Assembly (NCBI RefSeq): GCF_009914755.1 | Contig: NC_060942.1 | DNA: 64,000 nucleotides | Source: the human T2T-CHM13v2.0 reference genome, Homo sapiens | Strand: one strand, 5' to 3' | Shown: piece by piece, positions 14,763 to 28,203 of the stretch | Numbering within the stretch: position 1 is the first letter of the stretch | Layout: every line of letters begins with the position of its first letter | The notes under the pieces: model-generated | Told to the model about the DNA's origin: nothing | The model's input: the letters and a program-made list of their open reading frames with translations, nothing else | Databases searched by the model: none | Made by a program: the position numbers and the translations under genes

Positions 14763-15039
14763 TGATGTCTCCCTTGCCTGCAGGGAAAGCCTAAATCATC
14801 ACACCTGTCACATCTCGCTTGTTCAGTCTGCTCTTAGCATTCATTGAACACACTGGGGCCACTTCCCCATGTTTCCCCATCCTGCTTGCCTCTCCTTGTG
14901 CATTAAAGCAGTGCTTCTTCTTATGCACACAACTTACCCAGTTCCATAAACCTGAACAAAATCTTGTATCACAACCAAAACATGTCATCTCTGTCTTGGC
15001 CCACCTGGGGAGGAATCAGTAGTCATGTGATGATTTTAC

Positions 15040-15500
15040 GCCTGACTGCAAGTAGGAGAGAGTGAGAGAGAGTTGCAAAATAACAACAGCTTCAGTGAGA
15101 CTGCAATCTAATTATTTCCCATTTCAAAGAAGTCATAGGAGGCTGTCTGGGGTTGGTAGAGTAGCTTTATGAAATCATCCAGTATCCAGCCTCTTTCAAA
15201 CATGCTTCCTCACTGTCTTTAGGGTGTACTTTCCTCCAGTCCTACATGGCTGTTCCAGTCCAGCCCTGCAATCCATCTTCCAGTTAGTGCAAATGATAAA
15301 GAGGTGGAGAAAGGCACAGCTCTTTGCCTTAAAGAACACTTCCTGGGAGTCACACATGAACTTCTGCTTACATCCCATTGCTCAGAATTAATCATGCCTG
15401 ACTGCAAAGGAATCTGGGAAATGTAGTCTTTAATCCAGGTGGCCATATGCTGAACTAAAAGTCAGAGACTCTATTATCCAGAAAGAAGTGAGGAATAGAT
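15040..15500 (-). mobile_element. MLT1-family LTR (old)
   Basis: cttctgcttacatcccattgctcagaat...ctgcaaaggaatctgggaaatgtagtcttta. Confidence 0.65.
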
Positions 15501-15854
15501 AACAGGGCCTGCTAGCATTCCCTGCGACACCTTGGCAGCCTACCCCAGTTGCAGGTTTGCCTTGGTAAGCCCAATATTTGAGCTGATTTATGAATATATG
15601 AAACTGTCTCATGTCCAATAAGAGCAAAATCAGACAGCATGTGGAAAAGTCAGTAGAAGTTAGAATCAGATAACTACAAAAGGATTAAGAGGAAAGTTTA
15701 GCTTTTCAGAGATGAGTACATGTGATTCATTTGAATGGTGTCGTTTGGATTTAAGAATGACTGGATTAGAGACCACCACTGAAATCTTAACGTCATCATA
15801 AGGAAAAGAGTGCCTGCAGAACATTCTTTTCCCTGGTTAAAAAGGTCAGGTGTT

Positions 15855-16187
<333 letters not shown>

Positions 16188-16761
16188 TCAGGCATGTCAT
16201 TGGTTCCTCCTTGGCCCTGCATTCAGGATCAATGTGCCATTCCTAAGCCTGACTTTCAATCCCACCTGATTTCCCAGCCCCTAGAATCTACCCCCACCTT
16301 TGTTCATGTTGTGCCTAGATGGTAGATTACTTTTCCTGACACTTCACTCTGATGCTCAGAATCCCCCGGTGCTCCCCACTGCGTACCAGAGAAACTTCTG
16401 GTTTCTTCACCAGGTGTGCCCACACACACTCTTTGTTCCCATCACATTAATTCATGTTTCCTTAACTCACCCTGGATCTCCGTGTGAGCTGTCACTTTGG
16501 GCATGTCCTAAGAGGCTTTGCAGGTGTCCACTTGCCACGCAGGAAAAGGACATGTCCTGGCCAGCGGAAAAAGGATGAAAGATGTGGGTCAGAACCACCC
16601 AGCAATGCACAGACGCCATGAGAAACAACAGCCGCAGCCGCCTTGGAGCTGGCCAGCCTGCAGCTCAGGGAGAATACATGCTTACTGTTGTGTGCCACTG
16701 CCGGTTTGATAATTATTAATGATGTAATAGGTTGGTAGCAATCGCTAACGCATCCACCTGA

Positions 16762-17117
<356 letters not shown>

Positions 17118-17305
17118 TTAATGACTCGTTTTAGGGTACGAATCACTTCTACCTTCAGTTAGGATTAGATCTGGCCATGAACACAGAGACCCGAGTCTCA
17201 GTAGTTTAAAAAAGACAGGAGTTTATTTTTCTTGCACCGAGGTTGTGAAGGGGACACACTGTCCACCGCAGCCATGTGTGGTGAGTGGGAGCCGTCTGTG
17301 TTCTT

Positions 17306-17475
17306 GAGGGCTTCAGCGGCAGAGGGGAGACCGTCCAAGGAGGGCTTCAGCGGCAGAGGGGAGACCGTCCAAGGAGGGCTTCAGCGGCAGAGGGGAGACC
17401 GTCCAAGGAGGGCTTCAGCGGCAGAGGGGAGACCGTCCAAGGAGGGCTTCAGCGGCAGAGGGGAGACCATCCAAG
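17306..17475. repeat. 34-bp minisatellite, 5 copies
   Basis: gagggcttcagcggcagaggggagaccgtccaag x4 perfect plus one copy with a single G>A. Confidence 0.97.
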
Positions 17476-17482
17476 GGAGTGA

Positions 17483-18125
<643 letters not shown>

Positions 18126-18154
18126 TAATATAATCTGTAAAGCATCTGTAAATA

Positions 18155-18477
18155 CAGTCATCTCTCAGTATCTGTGGAGGAATTGGTTCCAGGACCCCTG
18201 CAGGTACCAGAATCCAAGGATGTTCAAGTCCCTTACATAAAATCACGTATCTGTATATGACCTACACACACCTTCCTGTATACTTTATAAGTCCTCTCTA
18301 GAGTCCTTATAAGATGTAATGCAATGCAAACGCTATGAAAATAGTTGTGATACTGTATTTTAAAATTTGTATTAATTTTATTGTTGTATTGTTATTTGTA
18401 TTTTTTTTTCAAGTATTTTCAACTGGAAGTTGGTTGAATCTTCAGATGTGGAATCTGCAGGTACATAGAACTGACTG
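18155..18477. mobile_element. MER2-like (Tigger) DNA transposon inside an old L1
   Basis: cagtcatctctcagtatctgtgg...ggttccaggacccc...caagtccctta...ctgactg termini. Confidence 0.8.
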
Positions 18478-18589
18478 TGTAAGGGTTTTCTGTGTGAACA
18501 TCACCATAATATCATTATTCCACCTAAAAATACCCCAATAATTCCTTAATATCATTAATATCCAGTCAGTGTGCATTTCCCCAATTACT

Positions 18590-19390
<801 letters not shown>

Positions 19391-19819
19391 CTCCAAGCGA
19401 GCTTTATCTTCTACGAAAGATATCCCACAACATTCCTATCTTCATCCCTGTCCGCAGGACTTAATCATACAGCCTTCCCTCACTGCCAGGGGGTCTGGGA
19501 TCTTCAGCTGGGATTTAACCTGGGCAGCCAGGTGCTCAGGTAATTTCCCAATTACATTGGAGAAGGGGATTGTGAACCCTGGTAACTGCTTCATTTCCTG
19601 TTGGCCCATACCTGTTTGAGGGCTGAAGTGGCTTCATTCATCTTATCTTGTATCCCTTGCACTTTCTGATGCAAAAGGCTCTACTCAGTGACTGTGCAGT
19701 GAACATATGAATAAATGGTGCAGTCCTCACTGTTCCCATGCTTTCCATGACCCAGGTTCCCAGTTCGGCCAAGAACATTGAGCTCCTTCCTATATAGCAC
19801 ATTTGTTCCAAGCTGCTGC

Positions 19820-19935
19820 TTCTCTTCTCTCTCTTTCTCCTATTCTTCTCTGACCTTCTCACTCCTCTTCCTCTTCCTCTTTCTCCTCCTTCTCCTCTTC
19901 CCCTTCCCCTCCACTTCCACCTTTTCCAGTTCCTT
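19820..19935. repeat. CT-rich low complexity
   Basis: Near-pure pyrimidine tract. Confidence 0.85.
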
Positions 19936-19940
19936 TTCCT

Positions 19941-20240
19941 TCTTTTTTTTTTTTTTTTGAGATGGAGTCTTGCTCTGTTGCCCAGACTGGAGTGCAGTGG
20001 CAACATCTTGGCTCACTGCAACCTCCGCCTCCCAGGTTCAGGGAATTCTTCTGCCTCAGCCTACCTACTAGCTGGGATTACAGGCATGTGCCACCATGCC
20101 TGGCTAATTTTTGTATTTTTAGTAGAGACGAGGTTTCACCATGTTGGCCATGCTGGTCTCGAACTCCTGACCTCAGGTGATCTGCCCGCCTCAGCCTCCC
20201 AAAGTGTTGGGATTACAGGCCTGAGCCACCACGCCTGGCT
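19941..20240 (-). mobile_element. AluSx-like
   Basis: Full-length; ccagttcctt TSD. Confidence 0.95.
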
Positions 20241-21919
20241 CCAGTTCCTTCTCTTTCTTCTGCTTTTAATTCTGGGCTTTTGTTCATATTTTGCTTCCTT
20301 GACTCAATGCCACTCCCATTTTCTCAGCCTGTTCAAAATAGACCCACACTTTAGGGTCCTCATCTCCCCTGATCCATCCAGAGGATTTCCTGAGTATTCA
20401 GGCCTACCGTGACTTCTGTCTGACTCACCATCATCCTTCGTTATGGGCAGCCTGTCCTGATTACTCTTTACTTTCTTGTGTTTATGCCCTGGCTCCCCAG
20501 CGGCCATCAGTGCCTGGGGCCACGGCTCTTTCTGCAGCAGACCGCATCTAGAATCCCCTGCCACGTTCAGCACAGGGCTGTCGTGACACCAGTCCCAGTA
20601 GGTTCACTGATTGACGCATAGCTGTTTTGCACAGCTTTTGCAAGTTGTCAACTTGATGTCAACACAACATGGAGAAGAGCAGGAATGCTGTCATCATTCT
20701 TGAACATTTTTGTTATCTACATGACTGATGTGGTGGGTTTGTTTTCATTTGTTGACTAAAGGACAATGTGGTCATAACCTAGATGTAAGGTTGGGCTCCA
20801 AAAGAGCTGTTCTTAAAACAGATACTTCTGGGCTCCAGAAACATGATGATCTGTAGAAATCTTTTTGCAGGTGGTCATAGTGGAGCCAAAAGAGAGTGGG
20901 GATTCAAAGTGTGGGTCAGAGACCAAAGTGACAGCGCTTTCTCCATCCTCTAAGGCCATGTTTTTCCATTTTGGATTAGGAATTATAGATCAACCTTCAC
21001 TTTTCATTTTTTTATACTTCTTGAGCCTTACATGCTATGCCACAAACATGCACTAGGCATTGATTTTGGCAGGGATTGAGGGGGTGCAGAACATACAAAG
21101 AAAAAACCCTGAAGAATGGAATATTTCTACAAATCTTTCTACTCCAGAAATCTTCTTATTGTACTTCTATGGACTTTAGCTAATGGGAGGGAGAGTGGAA
21201 AACAGTCATCCCAGCCTGACGGAAACAGATAGAAAGTAGAAGCAAGACTAGGCTATGTGCTAGGAAATATGGATTCTAGTTCTAGCTCAGCCATGAATGG
21301 CTGTGACCTTGTTTACAACCTTCTGAGCTTTAGCTTCCTCACCTGAAAAACAAGAGACGGGCAAGACAATAATCGACTTTCATTCTGGAGACATCAATGA
21401 ATTTATGCTTCTAGAATTTTGTTTTCTTTTCTTTTTTTTTTTTTTTTCAGATTCTTTATCACTTTCTCACTGAATCCTCACAATAAACCTATAAGGTAGG
21501 TCTGGCAGGGGTTGTGCTAATCCCCATTACACAGATGGGTGTGTTGGGGCTGAGAAATGTTAGGTAGTTAACAAGGTTTCATTAAAAATGAAACTCCTCC
21601 TCCTAATCCACAAAAATTCCTTCTTAGCAGGAGGCTCATGCCTGTGTTTATATGTTGGTGTACTGAAAATGCAGGCATCTGTCTGTCAGGTTTCTCTGAT
21701 GTGCAAATACGAAGGATGCAATTATTAGGTGGACTCATAGATTTCCCTTGGTTTGCATTGCTGGTCTGTTCTTTGATGATTGCCTTTCTCTGAGGGATGT
21801 TCCATGCTATAGCATAATTTACACTAACTGCATTAACTAGGCAATCATAAATAGCAAGTGGAGGGCAAGAGGTGGTGAGCAAGGAGAGATGGACAAGTGA
21901 AGGGAAAGAACTAAGAGCC

Positions 21920-22130
21920 TAATAGCCAGGCCCGATTCTGTGTACTCTACAAGTATTAACTCATCTGGTTCTCAAAAGAACCCCACCAAGAAGGTTGCTA
22001 TCATCAAGCCCATTTTACAGATGTTGAAACCAAGGCCTAGAGGAGTTAAATAACTTGCCTGAGCTACTACGTGTCAGAGGCAGAATGTGAAGCCAGGCAA
22101 TTTGATTACAGAGTTTGAACCCTGACCTCC
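21920..22130. mobile_element. MIR
   Basis: cccattttacagatgttgaaaccaaggcctagaggagttaaataacttgcct. Confidence 0.8.
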
Positions 22131-22179
22131 TTCCTGTCAAGGTCAGATTGGGTAATCATAAGCTTTTGCAAGCTGTTCT

Positions 22180-22700
22180 GGTACAAAGTAAGATTTTTAA
22201 AAAAGAATGCCCATCCAAAACTAGCAAGGTTGCACAGAGAAATTGGCATACCATATACATACTGCTGATAGTACTGACAATGAGTTTTATCTTTTTATAA
22301 AGCAATTTGTGGCAAGAGCCATAGTTTTCCGTATTTGTCAATCCATGAATGTCAATCCTAGAAGTTTATTCTACGTTTATAGTTCGACCAAAATGAGATG
22401 CCATATGCATGAAGTTTATTGTATGATCTGTAATAATGGAACACTGGGAGCAAATTAAATGCCCTAGAATAAGGTATGATTAAGTAGTATCATGATACGT
22501 TCACTAGTTGGAATATATAAAAGCATTTGAAATGATAATTACAATGGCTACGTAAAAGGACAGGAAAATGTTTCTGATAAAATGTTAAGTTTAAAAAGCA
22601 GGATGAAAAATATGTAGATTATGATGACAATTCTGATATATATGCATACTGTCCAAGCCTGAAATAGAACAGGAAAAACTTCTAGTAGTTAGGTGTTTGT
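22180..22700 (+). mobile_element. Old L1ME-like 3' fragment
   Basis: A-rich; aaatgccctagaataagg...aaaatgttaagtttaaaaagcagg. Confidence 0.55.
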
Positions 22701-24826
22701 TAAAATCCTTTCATTTTTTTCAGATTTCAATTAGTAGTGGCATTGTGTTTATTTATCAGATAATGAAAAAAGGAAAGAGCTGGTGGTAGAAGTGGGTTGA
22801 AAAAAATTGCCTAGGGTGAGACTTGGACTGCTATTGGGAGACTTGCCTCTGGCCGTCTTCATCCCTGAGTTCTCTGGGGGCAGCCAGAGTTTAGGGTGGG
22901 AAAGAGAGCTCAGGCCTGAGAGATCCACGGGCTTATGGGAGAGAGAATGGTGAACCCTGGGTTCTGCCCTTGCCACTGGGAATATGGTAGCTGTCTGGGT
23001 AAAGCCAGGCTGTGGTTTTCCCTTTGCTGTCTTGTCCATTGTCTTACCTCACTTCTCCCATTCTTTATTCTTCAAGTCTCAAAAGCCTTAGAAGTCACTT
23101 TCCCGGAGTCAGCCTCAACTCCTCCCCTTGCCACCCACTGGGCTGGGTGCCCCTCCAAGGCTCCCCGTTTGCCCAGCTTCCCGTGCTGCCCATTTCTGCA
23201 TGGAACAAGCTCTATGGTGATTGCCCGTTGGCATCTCTGAGGCCCTCTCTGGCCTCCAAGAATTGGGATCTTGGGCAGATCGGGATCACCTCCCTATGCC
23301 CTTGCTCAACACAGCATGGATTAAATGAATGACCCTCCTTTTCCAAGGTGAGGGCAGGTTGGGGTTGGATTAGATTCTTTCCAGCTCCACATACTGTGAT
23401 TTTTACCATCTCCTATTTATCAGACTCATTAAAGAAAGAAACCACTGGGCTTTGAAGACAAGTCCCAATGTAGGGAATGTCCTCTGTCTTTCTGCCCGTG
23501 GGTGGGCCCCTGAAGCATTCTCTGGCCTTAGTGTGTGAACTGTGAGCCTGATTGTAGGCGTAGGGTTGCCTTGGGAGTTTTCACAGAAGGTCAGCTGAGC
23601 ATGCAAGAACACCGCCTCAGTCGTCCTCCTGGCAACAAAGCTTGCGGTGAAGGCTCTTTGATTGGGTCTTGCTTGTCCCCAGCTGGACTGTCACAGGGCA
23701 CATGTGACACGGTGGCTGCGCCTCCACGTGTGAATTTGCAGGAGCCGCAGAGCCTGATGTTACATATCCGCCTGCTGGCTGTGGAAGTGGGCGTGTCTGT
23801 GCACATGGCTGGGTGTACCTGTCTCAGATCAGGGCAAAAGGTAGATGAGTGGCCCTGGGTTTTCTGGGCAGTGTGTCTCTGTGTAGACTGTTGGCAAAGA
23901 CCTCAGTGAATGAGTGAATTTCAATTCAGCAAATAATTATTGTGAGCTTTGTGCTCTCCAAGAGCAACGACGCGGTGCGCCAGGCAGAGAGCCTGGGGAG
24001 TGTGCGTGTCTTACCTGTGTCTGCATCGTGTGTTCCCTCTGTGTGTCTCTGAGAATGCGTTCTTGGCACGCGTCCTGCGTTAACAAGGCGTTTGGTGTGT
24101 GCATGTCTGTGTGACAGTGCCTGGGTCCTGTTTGCGGCTGCTTGTTCGCATTCCAGCTTCCCTTGTGCCCGCAGTCAGGCTCTACACGTGCGCCAGCCTC
24201 CGAGCGCACGTCCCCGAGTGACCCGTGCGCGGTGTGCAGGGACCTCAGGGTCGTGTGCACTAAGGGCGCTCGTGCCCGTCTCTCTGCACTAAGGAACGCA
24301 CCTCCACATGTCTGAGTGCACGTCCCTCTCCATGTGTGCACGTTCCGTGTTCACGCCGCCCATGTCTGTGCAGGGGCGCTTCACGCGCGCCCTCTCCGGC
24401 CCGCGGGCGGCCAGGGACCCGCGCTGGGCTCCACGCTTCCCGTGGGGCTGACCCCTCCCTCGCGCCCCGCAGCGGGCCGCGGCGATTGGCCGCCGGCCCC
24501 CTTCCAGCCGTCACCCCTCCCTCCCTCCGCCACCCGCGCGCCCGCGGTCCCCGCTGTCCCCCGCGGTTCCGGCGAGGCCGCGCCGCGCTGCGCTCCGCTC
24601 CCATTGGCTGCGCGCGCCTTTGTGTGGCGGCAGCTGCGGCCCCAGCGCCTTTGAATGTCGAGAGGGGCCGGGAAGGGAGCCTTTCCATGGGCCATCTGTC
24701 TCCCCGCCAGCCGCCGCCCCACCGCCGCCCGCGCCCCGCGCTCCGCCTCCCGCCCCGGCGGCTCCCGCAGCCCCGCCGCCGCCCGCGCCCGCGCCCCGGA
24801 GCCGCGCCACAAAGGGCCCGCGCGCA

Positions 24827-24844
24827 GCCGCCGCCGCCGCCGCC
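24827..24844 (+). repeat. (GCC)6 in 5'UTR
   Basis: Six GCC units ending 15 nt before the ATG. Confidence 0.9.
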
Positions 24845-24859
24845 GCGCGAGGAGCCAGG

Positions 24860-24920
24860 ATGGTCCTGGTCCACGTCGGCTATCTCGTGCTTCCAGTGTT
24901 TGGCTCTGTGCGAAACAGAG
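24860..24920 (+). CDS. RNF165: RNF165/ARK2C (Arkadia-2C RING-H2 E3 ligase) first coding exon, 61 nt, phase-1 donor
   Basis: AGG-ATG-G start at 24860 translates MVLVHVGYLVLPVFGSVRNR(G), which I recognise as the RNF165 N-terminus; ends CAGAG|GTATCG inside a CpG island; exon 2 (recalled as APFQRSQHPH...) is not in the window. Confidence 0.93.
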
Positions 24921-25254
24921 GTATCGCTTTTTCCTTTCGGGGTCTGCTTCGGAGCGTGGATCGCCGCAGGCACCGGGGCGGGGGCGGGCGCCGCGGGCGG
25001 CCGGGGGCTCAGGGCACACCCGCGAGGACGCAGGGCGAGCGGTGGCTTCCCCCCACCCCCTTTTAGGGGGACCCCCGAGGGTGGGGGCGGCCGCCCTCGT
25101 GGGAGCTTTTGTAGTGAAGTTAGGGTTTGGCGAATTTGGGTCCCTTCCTCCCCAGCCCCATTTTTTATTTTTTGCGGCGGACGTGGTTCCCCCAAATCAC
25201 AGCCCCTTCCCCTAATACCTAGCCCTGTATGATCGAAAGGAGAAAGATACATGA

Positions 25255-25256
<2 letters not shown>

Positions 25257-25305
<49 letters not shown>

Positions 25306-25314
25306 CGCGCGCGC
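25257..25314. repeat. Compound microsatellite (GT)18(GA)6(GC)5
   Basis: Directly visible. Confidence 0.95.
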
Positions 25315-25620
25315 GAGAGCATGCTTGGTTTTCTGTGGTTTGCTTTTTTTGAGGTATATGTGTGTTTTGTGTTATGTGTGTTTTGTATTTCTTCATTTTT
25401 TGGTCATTAGTACCGATGGCTGGCTAGCTGGGACCTGGGTCTCTGCCCTATCCCATGCCCCAGCCCCCACCCTCTCGTGGGCACTTGCACGATTTTCCAT
25501 CCCATCCTTTTTTCGTCTTTAACCCTTTTTGTGCATCGCCCTTGTGCTATTGCCCTGCTCACCCCGCCCCCCGCAACTGTCTTTGTATGACAGTTGCATA
25601 CACGGGTTCAAGATGCTTGG

Positions 25621-25686
25621 GCGCGTGTGTGTGTGTGTGTGTGTGTCTGTATGTGTGTGTGCATGTGTGCGAGTGTGCGCGCGCGC
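25621..25686. repeat. Imperfect (GT)n/(GC)n alternating purine-pyrimidine tract
   Basis: gcgcgtgtgt...gtgtgcgcgcgcgc. Confidence 0.9.
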
Positions 25687-28203
25687 CTCGGAGAGTCAGA
25701 CCTGCGCTGCTGTGCCCTCCTTGGGTCCGGCTGGAGCGGGGCGTCCGGCCCTTGGGTGTTGTGCTGTGTGTGAGGATGAGGTGGGAAGCTGCCCCCACGC
25801 CAGGCCTTTGCCCCGGGCAGCGGTTGACAAAGCAGCGGGCCGGCGCGGGCTTTGTTTTTAACTGTGATAAATGGGGTGTGTTTGCACGGTCCCCTTTCCC
25901 CACATCCCCTCTCCCTCACATTCTGCTACAACAATAGCTTGATTTTCCCCTCTTCTCCCCACCTCCACTCCACATTTCTTTCATTTTCTTTTAATAAAAA
26001 ATTCCCACCTCCCAAGCAAATCCGAGATGCATTTAGATTCATTTTTTTTCTTTTTTGTATTCTGCCTCTGGACTCACATTTCTCGTCTTGGAAATGTTTC
26101 TTCTATCCTCTCCCACTCCACGTCTGCTTAAATCCCTGCTGGCTCAGGCCCTCCTCCCCCTCTCCCCACTCCCTCATACACAGAATGATGTCTTCCCTTG
26201 GCCGACCAGGGCTCCTCTACCAAGTCGGGGTGGGGGGTGGGGTCGCAGGGCCAGCGCTTTAGTGCGCCCCAGGGGCCCGATTGGGCAAGAAAAGGAAAGC
26301 CCAGCCCTATTTTATCCAGCCCAGCTGTCCCCAGCCCCGCGCCTCTCCCCAGAACCTAAAAGGCAAGCTTGGCCCCCTTAGGCCTGTTTGAACCGCAGTT
26401 TTTTGTGTGATGATAGAATGATGACATTCTGCATTTATCAAATCTTTTTTTTTCTTCATTGTGTAGCTCAGTGAATGGTCAACTCGCTGCTGTGTGCGCT
26501 GTGACCCTTCTGCCTCCGCATTTAGCTGTATTGTGACACCCTCTTAACCATTTCCTGTCTCCATCTGAGGAAGGCATTGCTATTTAAGCGGCAGTATCCC
26601 CTATCTCAGGCCAGCCTAGCCATGGGGGTGAGGGGGAGTGGGTGTGTGAGGAAGAAAGAGGGGGGCTGGATGCGATCTCCTTGAAATGCCACCCCCTCTC
26701 TCAATACACAATTATCTCTTATTACTTGGCATTTCCTCTTAAAACGGGTGTGGAACATTACACTAGGCAGAAATTCAAAAATGATTAAGAAGGATGTTGA
26801 GCCTGAAAGTATAATTATCCTGATTAAATCATTACCATCCTCATTAATACCACCAATCTCTAAATACCATTGCAGGATGCTGATTCCATGTTTTGAAATT
26901 CAAATTGCTCAGCTGCCTTTAAATTTTATTTTTAATACTACCTTCTCCCTCACCCCCCCCAACAAAAAAAAATCCAACAACACAAATTCTGCCCATCAGT
27001 TAAAGTTTACTTTCACGGCAAACATGCCCACAGGAAATTCAAGGGCTGAGGGGTGAGTTGGTCTGTGGGTAAAATTTCGCAGAATGTGATAAGAGTTCAT
27101 GACCTTCCGATAGAGGATACTAATGCTTAACTCAACAAGGTCCTAAACCACAATCTTCTTGTAAAACTATTAGAGAGTTTGCCAGCTTAAATCTGTTCTT
27201 TTTAGTTTCCATTGTAGTAGTGTAGGATGTAGGCCATTTCAGAATAGATGTAGAGAAATAACCATTTTTGTATCTTCATCTTGTTTAGCCGAGTACATTG
27301 CACTGTAAATCCCTGTTAAGTGGATTCCTTTTGCCTTGGCTTAGAGGCTGCAGCACTTCATTTTTCAGTTATCTGGGTGACTATCAGTTAGCTTCTTGGC
27401 AGCACCCAGGCATAACTGAAGATTGCACTTAGTTGGAGGCAAAAAATGTTAAACATATGTATTAAAAAAATCTTTGATGAAATGACAGTTGCTGCTATCC
27501 CATAGCCTCTGAAAACTTGGTGCACCAAGGTCCCTGGCTTAAGTGGGAGCCATGGCCATAGCGTCTTAATTGTTTAATTGTACAATGTCAAGAGCATCTT
27601 TGGACATCCGCCCTGGCCCTCAGAGCTGCCCCTTTAACAGCCGGCTCCCTTCTGCTGCTCGCCAGCCAGACCTGCTTGAAAACTGAAACAAAACAGCAGC
27701 AATAATAAAAGAATAAGGCCCCTACTTTGAGGGCCCTTCCAAAATAAAGTCCCAAATAGCCTCCCCAGACTGCCATTTGGCAATCTGAAAAGAAAGAGAA
27801 AAAAGAAAAGAAAAGAAAAAAGAATCCCAGCAAAATGGTTTTCCATTAAACAGGGGTAGCGTGTTCTGCTGTGCTGAATTACTTCCTGTTCTTATTTTGT
27901 GGGTAATTTTTTCTGTATCAAATATCCTTTTGGTTGTGTATCTTTTTCACCTTTTCTTGTACTAAAACTAAAGCATGATCTGTATTTTTTTACATCCCCC
28001 AGTTGACAATGTACAGCGCTCGGTTAGAGATGTTACCCTGCTGAAACGTACTGTGGTCGTGTAGCCCGGGCCATCTGCTCATTGTACGCTGCTTTTGTTC
28101 TGTTGCCCTTCCGAAGCATGGTGGGCCCAGCCTTTTTTTTTGTATCGTGTGCATGACGACATTGTTACACACAGAATCCACTAATACTAATATACAATCT
28201 CTC

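Larger units (their letters stand above)
24050..25200. promoter_or_regulatory. CpG island / RNF165 promoter and 5'UTR
   Basis: Very high GC and CpG density; reverse CCAAT boxes (ATTGG 24485-24489, 24603-24607); many CCGCCC GC boxes; no TATA box seen. Confidence 0.92.

Noticed and set aside
17306-17475. CRISPR-like 34-bp repeats
   Set aside because: Head-to-tail with no spacers, eukaryotic context and no cas genes; it is a minisatellite
24260-25396. Long ORFs of 378, 298, 212 and 186 aa over the CpG island
   Set aside because: Stop-codon depletion in very GC-rich DNA; low-complexity R/G/P/A translations crossing microsatellites
26405-26570. Possible C/D-box snoRNA (RTGATGA twice, CTGA at ~26565) and a small hairpin tgata-gaatg/cattc-tatca
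   Set aside because: No convincing terminal stem, C'/D' boxes or recognisable rRNA guide; short motifs are expected by chance
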